In this document: in pieces, positions 9,040 through 20,781 of the stretch
Layout: each line of letters starts with the position of its first letter
Position numbering within the stretch: the first letter of the stretch is position 1
From: a virus
Lineage: Duplodnaviria; Caudoviricetes
Direction: 5' to 3' (one strand)
Length of the DNA: 62,954 nucleotides
IMG/VR virus record: IMGVR_UViG_3300021093_000072
Span: 1 to 62,954 of that record
Translations under genes and position numbers: made by a program
Notes under the pieces: generated by a model
The model's input: only the letters and a program-made list of their open reading frames with translations
Databases searched by the model: none
What the model was told of the DNA's origin: nothing

Positions 9040-9043
<4 letters not shown>
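8210..9043 (+). CDS. Phage lysozyme (GH24/T4-like) with C-terminal LysM domain
   Basis: HEGF...YRDSRG.LSVGIGFNL, VLVNMSFNLG, FKKM..A, S.W..QVKGRA; LysM V.QGQTLSGIA...W..LA.LNGI..P..I.PGQ. Confidence 0.9.
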
Positions 9044-9681
<638 letters not shown>

Positions 9682-9688
9682 TATCCCC

Positions 9689-10348
9689 ATGCAAGTTCGT
9701 GGAACTGCGAGGCAAGACGGCTTGAGATCATCAGGGACAGATGTCCAGGTTCAATTCGGCTGGTACAGACAGGCCAAGCTTGGCACGCATGACGGGACAA
9801 CACTGGGGCTCTGTGGTCATAAGATTGCCATGGAAGATGGTTCGAATGCCACCCCTGAAGTCTTGATGAAGGCGTTGGAAGCTTGGAATACCGATGTTCG
9901 CTTGCAGGCAGCAGGCCACCGCAATGCAACCGCTGAAGTCTTGATGAAGGCGTTGGAAGATGGGTATGACGGTGTTCGAGTGGCTGCAGCATCCAACCGC
10001 AATGCAACCACTGAAGTGCTGATGAAGGCATCGAAAGATGATAGCACGACGGTTCGATGGACTGCAGCATGCCACCGCAATGCCACCGCTGGGATTAAGG
10101 CGGAATGGGTGATAAATGCTTTAAAAAGTCGTTCAAGGAGTGAAATATTCGCTTTCTTTCAAGATTTGGAATTTAATCGTGGTGAATTTATAATGAGTGA
10201 TTTGATCAGACTCATCATCACGGACAAGCGTGTTGATCTGGGTGGTCTGGATATGTTTCAGGAAGCTGTACAAGATTATAAGTTTGACAACCCCATAGTG
10301 AGCAGGATGATCAAGCGCGAAAAGATGTGGAGGAAGACAGATGCCTGA
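9689..10348 (+). CDS. HEAT/LRV-like repeat protein, paralog 1
   Basis: 24-aa repeats [13 protein letters not shown]...VR..AA; C-terminal domain shared with paralogs 2 and 3. Confidence 0.85.
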   Translation: MQVRGTARQDGLRSSGTDVQVQFGWYRQAKLGTHDGTTLGLCGHKIAMEDGSNATPEVLMKALEAWNTDVRLQAAGHRNATAEVLMKALEDGYDGVRVAAASNRNATTEVLMKASKDDSTTVRWTAACHRNATAGIKAEWVINALKSRSRSEIFAFFQDLEFNRGEFIMSDLIRLIITDKRVDLGGLDMFQEAVQDYKFDNPIVSRMIKREKMWRKTDA

Positions 10349-11294
10349 TCTTGTTGGCTGGTACAGACAGGCCAAGCTTGGCACACATGACGGAGAAACA
10401 CTTGGGCTCTGTGGTCATAAGATTGCTATGGAAGATGATCCAGCGCGATTACTTGCTGCAGCCGCATATTTGCCTCCCAATGCCTCCGAACATGTGCTCA
10501 TAGAGGCATTGGGACACGAAGATGAATATGTTCGCCGAAGGGCAGCATCCCACCGCAATGCCACTCCTGAAGTCTTGATGGAGGCGTTGGGAGATAGTGA
10601 TTTGTCGGTTCGCTTCCATGCAGCACGCAACTCCAATGCCACCACTGAAGTGCTGATGAAGGCATTGGAAGATGAGAGCGCAACGATTCGACAGACTACA
10701 GCAGAAATTCTGACTGCCACCCCTGAAGTCTTGATGAAGGCGTTGGAAGATAGGGATCCCCATGTTCGCTGGCAGGCAGCATTCAACCGCAGAGCAACCA
10801 CTGAAGTCCTGATGATGGCGTTGGAAGATATTGATTCGGGTATTCGAACGGCTGCAGCATCCAATCGCAATGCAACCGCTGAAGTCTTGATGAAGGCGTT
10901 GGAAGATATGAGTTACTGTGTTCAGGCGGCTGCAGCATCCAACCGCAATGCAACCACTGAAGTGCTGATGAAGGCGCTAAAAAATGAGCACATAAATATT
11001 CAAATGTCTGCAGTATACCACCCCAATACCACCGTTGGGATGAAGGCGGAATGGGTGATAAATGTTTTAAAAAGTCGTTCAGAGGGTGAATTGTACCTTT
11101 TCTTTCGACAGTTGGAATTTCATCGTGGTGAATTTATAATGAGTGATTTGATCAGACTCATCATCACGGACAAGCGTGTTGGTTTGGGTGAACTGGATCT
11201 GTTTCAGAAAGCTGTAAAAGAAAGTCATTTTGATAACCCCATAGTGAGCAGGATGATAGGGATCGAAAAGAATAAGAGGAAGACAGATGCCTGA
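10341..11294 (+). CDS. HEAT/LRV-like repeat protein, paralog 2
   Basis: About 8 repeats of 24 aa; ATGCCTGA start/stop overlap with paralog 1. Confidence 0.85.
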   Translation: MPDLVGWYRQAKLGTHDGETLGLCGHKIAMEDDPARLLAAAAYLPPNASEHVLIEALGHEDEYVRRRAASHRNATPEVLMEALGDSDLSVRFHAARNSNATTEVLMKALEDESATIRQTTAEILTATPEVLMKALEDRDPHVRWQAAFNRRATTEVLMMALEDIDSGIRTAAASNRNATAEVLMKALEDMSYCVQAAAASNRNATTEVLMKALKNEHINIQMSAVYHPNTTVGMKAEWVINVLKSRSEGELYLFFRQLEFHRGEFIMSDLIRLIITDKRVGLGELDLFQKAVKESHFDNPIVSRMIGIEKNKRKTDA

Positions 11295-12207
11295 TCTTGT
11301 TGGCTGGTACAGACAGGCCAAGTCTAGCACACATGGCCTCACTGGAGAGGAGAAGACCCCCCATTGGGAGGGACTGTCTCGTCAGGGATATAGGTTTCAT
11401 CACGCATCGGGTACACATGACGGGACAACACTGGGGCTCGGTGGTCATAAGATTGCCATGGAAGATGATCCGAATGCCACCCCTGAAGTCTTGATGAAGG
11501 CGTTGGAAGATACGGATTGGAGGGTTCGTGCGAACGCAGCAATCCACCCCAATGCAACCGCTGAAGTCTTGATGAAGGCGTTGGAAGATACGGATTGGAG
11601 GGTTCGTGCGAACGCAGCAATCCACCCCAATGCAACCGCTGAAGTCTTGATGAAGGCATTGGAAGATTTTACCGATCTTCCCTGGCAGGCAGCAAGCCAC
11701 CCCAATGCAACCGCTGAAGTCTTGATGAAGGCGTTGGGGAATGAGAGACCCCTTGTTCGAGAGGAGGCAGCAGGCCACCGCAATGCAACCGCTGAAGTCT
11801 TGATGAAGGCGTTGGAAGATGGGTATGACGGTGTTCGAGTGGCTGCAGCATCCAATCGCAATGCAACCACTGAAGTGCTGATGAAGGCATCGAAAGATAA
11901 GAGCATGAGGGTTCGATGGACTGCAGTACGCCACCCCAATGCCACCGTTGGGATGAAGGCGGAATGGGTGATAAATGTTTTAAAAAGTCGTTCAGAGGGT
12001 GAATTGTCCCTTTTCTTTCAAGATTTGGGATTTCATCGTGGTGAATTTATAATGAGTGATTTGATCAGACTCATCATCACGGACAAGCGTGTTGATCTGG
12101 GTGGTCTGGATATGTTTCAGAAAGCTTTAGAAGAAAGACATTTTGATAACCCCATAGTGAGCAGGATGATCAAGCGCGAAAAGATGTGGAGGAAGACAGA
12201 TGCCTGA
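11287..12207 (+). CDS. HEAT/LRV-like repeat protein, paralog 3
   Basis: Same repeats, including an exact tandem duplicate ([15 protein letters not shown] twice). Confidence 0.85.
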   Translation: MPDLVGWYRQAKSSTHGLTGEEKTPHWEGLSRQGYRFHHASGTHDGTTLGLGGHKIAMEDDPNATPEVLMKALEDTDWRVRANAAIHPNATAEVLMKALEDTDWRVRANAAIHPNATAEVLMKALEDFTDLPWQAASHPNATAEVLMKALGNERPLVREEAAGHRNATAEVLMKALEDGYDGVRVAAASNRNATTEVLMKASKDKSMRVRWTAVRHPNATVGMKAEWVINVLKSRSEGELSLFFQDLGFHRGEFIMSDLIRLIITDKRVDLGGLDMFQKALEERHFDNPIVSRMIKREKMWRKTDA

Positions 12208-14614
12208 TAGCGTTAGGATATCTGGTCTCGACTACACGGTTCCGCTCACCAACGCTGACCTGCCCACTGTCACCCCTGCGGCCCCGGCGGCAGGGGCAGT
12301 TGCAAGGCAGATAGATGGGAAAATCAGAGACTTCATATCGGTGAAGGACTATGGTGCGGTTGGCGATGGCCTGACTGACGACAGGGCTGCCATCCAGGCT
12401 GCCATGAATGCCGTTGGCGCCACAGGAGGAACCCTGTTCTTCCCGCAAGGCGTGTACAGCATGAGGACGCCTGGTGGTCAAGGTACGACCACATGGAGTC
12501 ACTGCATCAATGCAACTGTGGCGCTTGGCAAGGACATTTTTATTTTGGGCGAGGGCGCGACCATACGATGCGACTGGAACCCGCCGTCAGGGAGTCCAAG
12601 GGGCACACAGATAGAAACTTTATTTCTGCTCAACACTCAGGGGGGATTCACCCTGCTTGAGGGGCTGACTTTTGACGGCAACAACTTGGCCATATACTGC
12701 TGCAGAATCAACGATGGATCAGGTCACCCTGTAAACAATTCTAATGACCCATACGGCAGGGGAGAGATCACCGTCAGGAGCTGCAGATTTCTGCGTGGAT
12801 TCAAAAAGAGAACTGGCTCTGCAGACCTGTCCCAACTTCCCACCCGATCGGATGGTCAAGGGAGTACTCATGAGAACATCGCGACAGGTGAAGCAACTGG
12901 AATGACGATCTATTGCTGCTGCAAGTCTGTCGTGGTGGACGGTTGCGTGGTCGCCGACATCAGCAGGGAGAGGGGTGCAGGAACACCCTTGGTCTATGGC
13001 AGTTGCGGGATCATAATACAGTCATTTGGCACAACCGAATCGGGTACCGTCACCTACTATCCTCCACGGTGTGTGAGCGTCACCAACTGCCACTTCTCAA
13101 ACATCACCAGTGAAGAACCAGCCGATGTTGACACGGCAGTTCAATGGCCGGTAGATGGTGGATGGGTCACATGGCTAGACAACGTAAAGAGATCAAGGAA
13201 TGTTGACTGCGATGGTCTCAAGATTTTCGGAGGTCAGCCAGATCCCAACGGGTTAGAGGAAACAACGAGAGACTATGTCAGGACATCGGCCTCCATCGTT
13301 GGGTGCAGTTTTGTAAATTGTCGAGGCAGAGACATCAGGATACAAAACGATGAGACTGTCGCAACAGGCAACACAAGCCATCTGTACGTCAAGCCCATCT
13401 TGGGTGGTGGAACCAGGTTCAACTTCGAGACCGGTTGTGGGATATGTTCAAACAACATATTTCATTTTGAAGAAGCCAAAGATGCTTCAGGCAACAGAAT
13501 GGGGGATGGCAACCCATTCTGGGACGAGAACGACAGCGGTTGGTCAGGGCCTGCGAAGAGTTCCGGAACAGTCATAAGCTTCTACACTGGAAGTCCTCGG
13601 ATCAGGGCAATTACCGTGAGGGATAATCATGTTTTCAACAATGTTGACCCGGGTATGGGCAAGATTGGTTGCTTTCTTGACGGTTCTGAAGACATCAACT
13701 TCCCCAATCCCAAAAAGAAAGTCTTGATGGGAACCGTCGTTGGCAACAAGGTGGTTGGTCTGGGCGCCATGAAGTATTTTTCATGGATTACGTCCCGCAC
13801 CAGCGCAAGTGCTGCACCTGAATGCTATTGGAATTTTTGTGAGAACATGTGTAACCAGATTGAAAACGCATTTCTCGCAGGACAAGGTGGATCCTTCTCG
13901 GTGAACTCGATAGTTTTGAGAGGAAATGTTCACTCGGGCACCGCTCCACAAGTTGTCAAGCACTTTGTGAATCCAACACCAACAACATCGGCAGGCTCCG
14001 TGTACAATGCGGGCGTAATAGTGCCATATTTTGCCAATGTTTCCGCAAGGGATAATGTGGGAATAGGCTTGCCATTCCATTCACGATCGGGCTCTAGCAG
14101 CAATTGCGTCACACGAATGTCATCTTTCGGAGATCCCTCTGCTGAAGGAGGGGTGGTGTCTGTCCAATCTTCTCCGAGACTCAACAGCGGCGGCGGCGCA
14201 GATGGTCCCTACCCCCTAGGCAGCGCCTATAAATTCCCGGCCAGAGGATTCGACATACGTGGAAGAACCTTCATGCTCACCTCGAACTTCAACATCAATG
14301 CCAGCATGATGTTCACCACCGATGGCAACAAGGTTATACCGATTGGTCGAACCACCGCGACGCCCGTAAGTGGTCAGCCAGGATACCAAATAGACATACA
14401 CCCAACCCTTGTAGATACGACGGCATCGCAGGCTCGTCCATATCCGGACGCCGGTAGATTGCTGATATACATTACTCTTGAATATGATTTAGAAGCCATA
14501 GAGGCTGGAGCGCTGAGCACAACGAAATGCTCACATGTGAATATAGCGAACAATCTTGATTCTGCCAGCTCCACCACTCAACCCAGAATTTTCACCCTCT
14601 TTGGATTCGGTTGA
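12200..14614 (+). CDS. Pectate-lyase-like beta-helix protein (tailspike/depolymerase-like)
   Basis: [31 protein letters not shown], repeated beta-helix rungs. Confidence 0.8.
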   Translation: MPDSVRISGLDYTVPLTNADLPTVTPAAPAAGAVARQIDGKIRDFISVKDYGAVGDGLTDDRAAIQAAMNAVGATGGTLFFPQGVYSMRTPGGQGTTTWSHCINATVALGKDIFILGEGATIRCDWNPPSGSPRGTQIETLFLLNTQGGFTLLEGLTFDGNNLAIYCCRINDGSGHPVNNSNDPYGRGEITVRSCRFLRGFKKRTGSADLSQLPTRSDGQGSTHENIATGEATGMTIYCCCKSVVVDGCVVADISRERGAGTPLVYGSCGIIIQSFGTTESGTVTYYPPRCVSVTNCHFSNITSEEPADVDTAVQWPVDGGWVTWLDNVKRSRNVDCDGLKIFGGQPDPNGLEETTRDYVRTSASIVGCSFVNCRGRDIRIQNDETVATGNTSHLYVKPILGGGTRFNFETGCGICSNNIFHFEEAKDASGNRMGDGNPFWDENDSGWSGPAKSSGTVISFYTGSPRIRAITVRDNHVFNNVDPGMGKIGCFLDGSEDINFPNPKKKVLMGTVVGNKVVGLGAMKYFSWITSRTSASAAPECYWNFCENMCNQIENAFLAGQGGSFSVNSIVLRGNVHSGTAPQVVKHFVNPTPTTSAGSVYNAGVIVPYFANVSARDNVGIGLPFHSRSGSSSNCVTRMSSFGDPSAEGGVVSVQSSPRLNSGGGADGPYPLGSAYKFPARGFDIRGRTFMLTSNFNINASMMFTTDGNKVIPIGRTTATPVSGQPGYQIDIHPTLVDTTASQARPYPDAGRLLIYITLEYDLEAIEAGALSTTKCSHVNIANNLDSASSTTQPRIFTLFGFG

Positions 14615-14624
14615 TGGAGGCAGC

Positions 14625-17600
14625 ATGCCAGAAGAACTGACGGATAATGGCTCTGGAGACCACAGACCAGAAAACATAAGAAGAGACGGTCAGATTGACA
14701 TCATCAGGCCTCTCGTCAATGCAGACCTCCCAATGACCGCAAGGGCAGGGGTTGTCAGAAGGTCGATCAGCCAGAGGCTTGGCGACTTCATATCCGTCAA
14801 GGATTTCGGGGCAAAAGGCGATGGATCGACAGATGACAGACTTGCCATCGTGGCTGCACTTGAAGCCCTCGGAGGTATTGACAGTCCATCAAGAACGCTG
14901 TATTTCCCACCTGGTGTTTACATGCTGAACAGTGTCAGGAGGACGGTGGCGCAGCAAGTTGCGGATCCATCTGGGGGTGTTGCCGACCCAAGGCAGGTTG
15001 TGGTGTCTTTAGACAACCCCAGCAAGCCCTCAGGAAGGGGTACCAGGATATTTGGTCATGGAGCCACCATCAAGTGTGGTTTCCAGTTGCCCAATCCGGT
15101 TCTTGCTCTCGACCAGCTCAACGCGGCCACCCCATACTCGATGAGTCAGGTGTCAACCATGATAATGTTGGTCAATGGGGGAGGAGATCTTCTCATAGAG
15201 GGTTTGAAAATTGATGGGGACAACAGGGCCGGAAACGGCTTGCTGATTCAAGACCAATACGGAGGCACGCAAAGTGGGTCTGGCATACAGGGGCGTGGAA
15301 GGATAACCATAAGAAGTTGCCAGTTCGTAAACATGTATACCAGAAGGATTCCCTACAACACCACCACAGATCTCACCCTGAATACGACAGTTGGCTCAGA
15401 GAGCCCGATTGTGCAGTCCAACGACTCGTCCAGGCATCCGGTTGGCGGATCTGTTGGGTTGAACATATACACATCGTCTTCAAATGTCGTTGTGGATGGC
15501 TGCGTTGTGAAAAATATTGGCAGAGATCCTTTTGGTGGCGTCACGACCATCTCTGGTTGCCACGGCATGGTGATATATGCAGCTGCAGTTGGAGGAACCG
15601 AAACTTCAAGCGCCAGCAACCATTCGCTCTACTATGTTTCAGTGAAAGACGGCAATGATACCAACAGTGGAACCATCGGCTCCCCCGTGAAGACACTGTC
15701 AAAGGCAGCAACTCTTGCCCGTCAAGACACCAGCGGGAAAGAGATCCACATTCTCATACGCGGTGGCGAGTACAAGATGCTTGGCACCCTTGCAAATCCC
15801 GTTTTCTACCTGAATCAGGACGACAGCGGCAGGGCGGGCAAAAAGATAGTGTACAAAGCCTATGGCAACGAAGAGGTGGTGATCACAGGCTCAGAAAAGA
15901 TCAGCCCCTCGGCATTCCGACCACTCAATGAGACTCAAGACGCCACTGTGTGGAACAAGATAAAACCCGATGTCCGCCCCAACATCATGGTCGCTGATCT
16001 CAGCAGTTTTGACTTGGGATTCACGCCGCCAAGTGTATGGAATGGAGGGGGCAATGGCAGTAGTGTTGGGTACGTTACCGACCTGCCCGCAATACCCGAG
16101 TTGTTCTTCAACGACAAGAGGATGACAGTTGCCAGGTGGCCCAACATTGTCACCCCTGAAAGAAACGGATATACATCTGAAGACTTAGCATATGTCGAAT
16201 CGGTTGTCGAACGTGGCACATCAGGGATCTATGCAGCAGCTGTTTGGACAGAAAATTCCTCCACAACTCCATCAGGCGCACCATTCGTCGATGGAATTTT
16301 TGAATATCCAGCCTCCTACGACAGCGTGGTGAGCCGTTGGACATCTGCAGTGGCTTCGGGAATATGGATCCATGGTTTTTGGAGGTTTGATTGGGCAGAC
16401 GAGGTCTACAGGGTGGTAAACATCAACACGACATCACGTCATATAACTGTGAGATCTGGGAAGAGTCAATATGCGCTGCAGGAATACACGATGTGCGATC
16501 CAGATGGAACCCCAAACCCAGAAGGCTCTTACTTCTCATCGCCAGGCAAACGCAGATGGTATGCATTCAATCTTCCGGAAGAGCTTGACGCACCTGAAGA
16601 GTATCTCATTGACATCGCCGAGAAGAAGTTGTACTTCTACCCTCCGCAAAACATACATGCAAATTCGTCCATAAGACTTTCACACCGAGCCGCAGGAGGC
16701 CCAACCGAGAAGGGAGAAAGTCTCTCAGCAGACCGCGCAACTACCAACAGAACGGAATCCGGATTGCCCGGCGGTGATGATCCGATTTTCCCGTATCCTG
16801 GATGGGCTCCAGGAACTTCGACAGATGTTTCGCTTCCACTAACCCAAATTAAGCACTTTTGGAACACTCGAGACATACTCAAGTCACTTTTCAAGTTTCA
16901 CAAGGTGAAAGATGTGAGCATAGAAGGCTTAATATTCAGGGATTGTACTGGCTCGGGTATCGAACTCAACATGTGCGAAAGCATCACCATCAACAAATGC
17001 AAAGTCTTCAACATGCGCAGAGATGGGATTGCGGCCATGGGCGGCAAGAATGTGACCATTCAAAAATGTGAAGTGTATGATATCGGCAGAAGTGCAGTCA
17101 TCAACACTGGAGGTAACAGGCAGACATTAACGGCCGCAAATAAGGTTGTGACCGAGTGCTCCATAAAGAGATGGGGGAAGCTGAAACCAAACGAGACTGC
17201 GGGACTGATAATGAACGGAGTTGGAAATAAAGCATCTAAGAACCTTTTTTCCGATGGAAACACAGCAATACTGTGCTATGGAAATGATAACATCATAGAG
17301 TTAAACCATTTCCATAATCTTTTGGCCGATGTGGATGACCAGGGCTGTATTTATAACGGCGCAAACATATCCAATATAAACAATAAAGTAAAGAATAATT
17401 TCTTCAACAACATTGTCAAGAGGCTTTCTGACGGGCTGCTCTATCCTAGTTGCGAAACATACACGGGCATCACCATCGGTGTCTACTTGGACGGCAATAA
17501 CAGCAACCAGACCATTTCTGAAAATGTGTTCTATGGCTGTAAAACTGAATTTGGTGCAGTGTTTTTCAATGGAGGTGTTTTCAACACCGTCGAAGACAAT

Positions 17601-19934
17601 ATATTTGTTGAATGTGGCGCGGCATATGGGTCAACAAATTACAGCACACAATATTGGCAAACTTTTTTAAACAGTCAAGGCGATGTAATATTCAACAAAC
17701 AAAACTACGGGTGGTTTGAAGACGGACAAGGCACAGAACCTCCTAGAATAGTTGGGTACAGTCCCTACAACTGGGTGGTCAGCAGCAATGGGCAGATGTT
17801 TTTTGTTTCTGAAGATTGGAAGGGGGTCATGAACACCGTAGACATACGCACACCAACTTATCAATCAAAATACCCCCAACTTGCGACATTTATAGAGGAA
17901 CACGAAGGTAATCCAAGGCTTGTTCCTTCTCAAATCCCTTACATGAAAAATACGGCGAACAGGAACGTCATTGTCAACTGCACGAATGCAAACCATCAAG
18001 AGAACAGGGAAGAGGAGGGATTTGCTACAGTTGGCGGTTGGGTGGTGACAAATCAAACGACGAATCTTGATCAGGGGATTTTTGTCAATCCAAATGCCAA
18101 AAATTTCAAATTGACACCTTCTGGGTTGGCCGACGTCCGCGCAGCGGTCGGACAGGATTTCCCCGACATACCTTTTGAAAGCATACCAAAAGTTGATTAT
18201 GTCCCTGAAAAGTATAGCAATATAGTTGATTATCAAGGACAAAAAACAGTGACGGTCAGGAACTGCCACATTGAGAACGTTTACAACAAGGACGGGTGGG
18301 GTAATTACGAACCACTCACCACGACTCAAGCAATCATTGGCGAGGTTTCATTGGAAGCCATCGGCAATCCAGGTTCATCTGTTGTGTGGATCCCATCTGG
18401 GACTGGGGGTTACTGGGCATCGGCAAACACCGATGCGGATGGAATACTCGTATTCGCAGGAGATAGGAGGATCACTTCGGGGTTGGAGGAGTACGACAAC
18501 TGCTCCGCATCCATAGTGGGAAACCACTTTGTAAACTGCAAGGGGAGAGATGTCAAGGCACAAATGGAAGAAGTTGTAATACAAGCCAACATAAGCCACA
18601 ACTCCATCAAGCCAGTTGAAGGCGGCGGAAACAGAATGAATTGCCAGATAGGATGTGGTCAGGTGTGCGATAACATATTCCATTTTGAAACTGCCAAGTT
18701 GCAAAGTGGAGCTATTGAAGGCGACGGCAATCCATTCAGCGACATTCCTGGTGATCGCTCGTGGGGTAATCCTAGTATTTATGAACAAGTTGATTTATAT
18801 AACAGCAGAATATCTGCTGGAACCTCTGTGATAAGTTTTTACGCAGGCAGAAGACTTCCAAGGAATCGCGGCATAACAATCACAGGCAACCATGTGTATA
18901 ACAATGTCTCGGGTACTGGTGGATATTTGGGCAATCTTTTTGTATCCACCGAAGGCACAACCAATTCTGACGGCACACTCAATCCGGCTCCAACATTCCC
19001 GAATGAGCCGAAGCCTGTTCTCTGCTCTGTATCTCAGAACAAGATGGTTGGCAGAGTGGACTCTCAATCTCAAATGTTCGGACATTTGGGTACTCGTGGA
19101 ACTGGTACGCAGTCTTCAGAAGTTCCTGTTACTCCCGTCTACTACATCATCAATGACAACATGATGAATAATTTGCTGTCTGGTAATGAAACTTCTCCAG
19201 GATTCCCAACAAGCACTTTCTTGTCGTTTGCTGACGGTTCCGCCAATAGAAACTTCGTAAAATGCGATGGGAATGTCCATGCCAGAATAGGTTCGCAGCA
19301 TCCAAGGGTTGCGGCAAGAAGACCAAACAACAATAATTTAGATTTTACCTATGATGGCAATCTGTCAGCAACGGACAACAGAAACATCTCCTCGCCATAC
19401 TATTCCAGGTCAACTTCCAACACATCATTCGGCTCCAGAATAGAGACATTGGCATCTTCTGATGGGGAGTCGGATGGTGTCAGGGTGAGGGGATTCTTGA
19501 AAAATTCTAACCCAGGAGGGGACGCAAATTACGGACGAATTCTTCTGAAAGGTATGGATAGCGACCCACTCTCCTGCATAGTGATGATGAGCACAAAAGA
19601 TTGGTGGGAACAGGCGGGTGGCGTGTTCTTCGTTTCTGGAATAGCGATGTCCGATGGGACATGTCTACATCCTATCAACAGCGCTGGTGCATCAACCGTT
19701 GGCGGACTTCTCGTTTTCAGCAAAACAATATTTTCTGGAACCTCACGCCCTCCATCTGTAGATGGCAAGGTTGTCTTGTGGCTTTCGCAAGAGCAAGACG
19801 CCGATGCATTGTCTGCAGGCGCCAACACCTCATATCTTGCCAGCAATCCGGCATTCTACCTGAACTTTATCAACAGACTTGACGACACATCACCGTCGGT
19901 TTCAAGACGGTTCACTTTCTCCGTGTTTGGCTGA
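14625..19934 (+). CDS. Giant beta-helix tailspike-like protein with an inserted right-handed beta-helix glycosidase-like domain
   Basis: GGAGG RBS before ATG 14625; ISVKDFGAKGDGSTDD; paralogous to 12200-14614; insert has YVS..G.D...GT...P..TL, ARWPN, NLPEELDAPEEY, KLYFYPP. Confidence 0.8.
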   Translation: MPEELTDNGSGDHRPENIRRDGQIDIIRPLVNADLPMTARAGVVRRSISQRLGDFISVKDFGAKGDGSTDDRLAIVAALEALGGIDSPSRTLYFPPGVYMLNSVRRTVAQQVADPSGGVADPRQVVVSLDNPSKPSGRGTRIFGHGATIKCGFQLPNPVLALDQLNAATPYSMSQVSTMIMLVNGGGDLLIEGLKIDGDNRAGNGLLIQDQYGGTQSGSGIQGRGRITIRSCQFVNMYTRRIPYNTTTDLTLNTTVGSESPIVQSNDSSRHPVGGSVGLNIYTSSSNVVVDGCVVKNIGRDPFGGVTTISGCHGMVIYAAAVGGTETSSASNHSLYYVSVKDGNDTNSGTIGSPVKTLSKAATLARQDTSGKEIHILIRGGEYKMLGTLANPVFYLNQDDSGRAGKKIVYKAYGNEEVVITGSEKISPSAFRPLNETQDATVWNKIKPDVRPNIMVADLSSFDLGFTPPSVWNGGGNGSSVGYVTDLPAIPELFFNDKRMTVARWPNIVTPERNGYTSEDLAYVESVVERGTSGIYAAAVWTENSSTTPSGAPFVDGIFEYPASYDSVVSRWTSAVASGIWIHGFWRFDWADEVYRVVNINTTSRHITVRSGKSQYALQEYTMCDPDGTPNPEGSYFSSPGKRRWYAFNLPEELDAPEEYLIDIAEKKLYFYPPQNIHANSSIRLSHRAAGGPTEKGESLSADRATTNRTESGLPGGDDPIFPYPGWAPGTSTDVSLPLTQIKHFWNTRDILKSLFKFHKVKDVSIEGLIFRDCTGSGIELNMCESITINKCKVFNMRRDGIAAMGGKNVTIQKCEVYDIGRSAVINTGGNRQTLTAANKVVTECSIKRWGKLKPNETAGLIMNGVGNKASKNLFSDGNTAILCYGNDNIIELNHFHNLLADVDDQGCIYNGANISNINNKVKNNFFNNIVKRLSDGLLYPSCETYTGITIGVYLDGNNSNQTISENVFYGCKTEFGAVFFNGGVFNTVEDNIFVECGAAYGSTNYSTQYWQTFLNSQGDVIFNKQNYGWFEDGQGTEPPRIVGYSPYNWVVSSNGQMFFVSEDWKGVMNTVDIRTPTYQSKYPQLATFIEEHEGNPRLVPSQIPYMKNTANRNVIVNCTNANHQENREEEGFATVGGWVVTNQTTNLDQGIFVNPNAKNFKLTPSGLADVRAAVGQDFPDIPFESIPKVDYVPEKYSNIVDYQGQKTVTVRNCHIENVYNKDGWGNYEPLTTTQAIIGEVSLEAIGNPGSSVVWIPSGTGGYWASANTDADGILVFAGDRRITSGLEEYDNCSASIVGNHFVNCKGRDVKAQMEEVVIQANISHNSIKPVEGGGNRMNCQIGCGQVCDNIFHFETAKLQSGAIEGDGNPFSDIPGDRSWGNPSIYEQVDLYNSRISAGTSVISFYAGRRLPRNRGITITGNHVYNNVSGTGGYLGNLFVSTEGTTNSDGTLNPAPTFPNEPKPVLCSVSQNKMVGRVDSQSQMFGHLGTRGTGTQSSEVPVTPVYYIINDNMMNNLLSGNETSPGFPTSTFLSFADGSANRNFVKCDGNVHARIGSQHPRVAARRPNNNNLDFTYDGNLSATDNRNISSPYYSRSTSNTSFGSRIETLASSDGESDGVRVRGFLKNSNPGGDANYGRILLKGMDSDPLSCIVMMSTKDWWEQAGGVFFVSGIAMSDGTCLHPINSAGASTVGGLLVFSKTIFSGTSRPPSVDGKVVLWLSQEQDADALSAGANTSYLASNPAFYLNFINRLDDTSPSVSRRFTFSVFG

Positions 19935-20781
19935 GAGCTCGGACCGAAGATCTTATCAGGGATTCGCATCTGATGATGTATCTTTTAAGCAGCAGGTCAA
20001 ATGCGCTGTCTGATATCCTGTACTTTTCTTTTTTAGGTAGGGAATCTATTGATATGTCGTGTGCTTCCATGGCTGGCTTGAGCACAGACCACCACCTTGA
20101 ATCTTCCGTTAGTGTTTTCGTACCCATCTTGCGATATAACTTCATCTGGTCCGCAAGTCTGCTCTTCGCGGCAGATACAACGTTGTTTTCAGCCATAGTC
20201 ATGTCTGATCCATTTGAAACCATGCGCCTCCATGTCGATATCGCATCATCGGCATTCTGCATCATCATGACATGGAACTCAACATGTAGAGATCCCTGAT
20301 CTGGGTCTGCAAAGGTGCTCATGGCCCTTGGCAGGCTGCCATCAGCTGTCCCCCTCACCACTTCAGCATCAGTCATGCTGTCGAAATCTACATCTGTCCT
20401 CATCCTTGCCCTGTGTATCTGGGCAGCATGCACCAACTCATGAAACAGAACATACCTGTACATGTATGATTTTTTTGCGCTGAGAGATGATGACATACAC
20501 ACGGCCGTGGATGCCGCAGGGACATCGTCTCTCCTATTTTCAGGAGAGACCGAGTGTTTCGCCACCGCATGGTCAACAGCCATGCCCAAGGCAGGAATTT
20601 TGGTCCCGTTGTAGACCACCACTGGCCACCCGAATATGGTCACTTTGAATGATGGCAACATATGGAGTGGCTGTCCAGTAAACCTAATTGCATCATTAAT
20701 GGCACGCGAAACTTCGTCGAATATTCTGCGGTCGCCTTTTGTTTGCGCAGATTTTGATAGGTTTCTGTACCAGTTGGGCAT
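19912..20781 (-). CDS. Putative zinc metallopeptidase-like protein
   Basis: VLFHELVHAAQ (HExxH); N-terminal NWYRNLSKSAQ motif. Confidence 0.55.
   Translation of the reverse strand: MPNWYRNLSKSAQTKGDRRIFDEVSRAINDAIRFTGQPLHMLPSFKVTIFGWPVVVYNGTKIPALGMAVDHAVAKHSVSPENRRDDVPAASTAVCMSSSLSAKKSYMYRYVLFHELVHAAQIHRARMRTDVDFDSMTDAEVVRGTADGSLPRAMSTFADPDQGSLHVEFHVMMMQNADDAISTWRRMVSNGSDMTMAENNVVSAAKSRLADQMKLYRKMGTKTLTEDSRWWSVLKPAMEAHDISIDSLPKKEKYRISDSAFDLLLKRYIIRCESLIRSSVRALSQTRRK

Noticed and set aside
9840-11945. Regularly spaced ~39-bp repeats with variable spacers, resembling a second CRISPR array
   Set aside because: The period is 72 bp and in frame, and it encodes HEAT repeats in three ORFs
9689-12207. 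Diversity-generating retroelement behind the repeat variation
   Set aside because: No reverse transcriptase in the window, and the variation is not visibly adenine-specific
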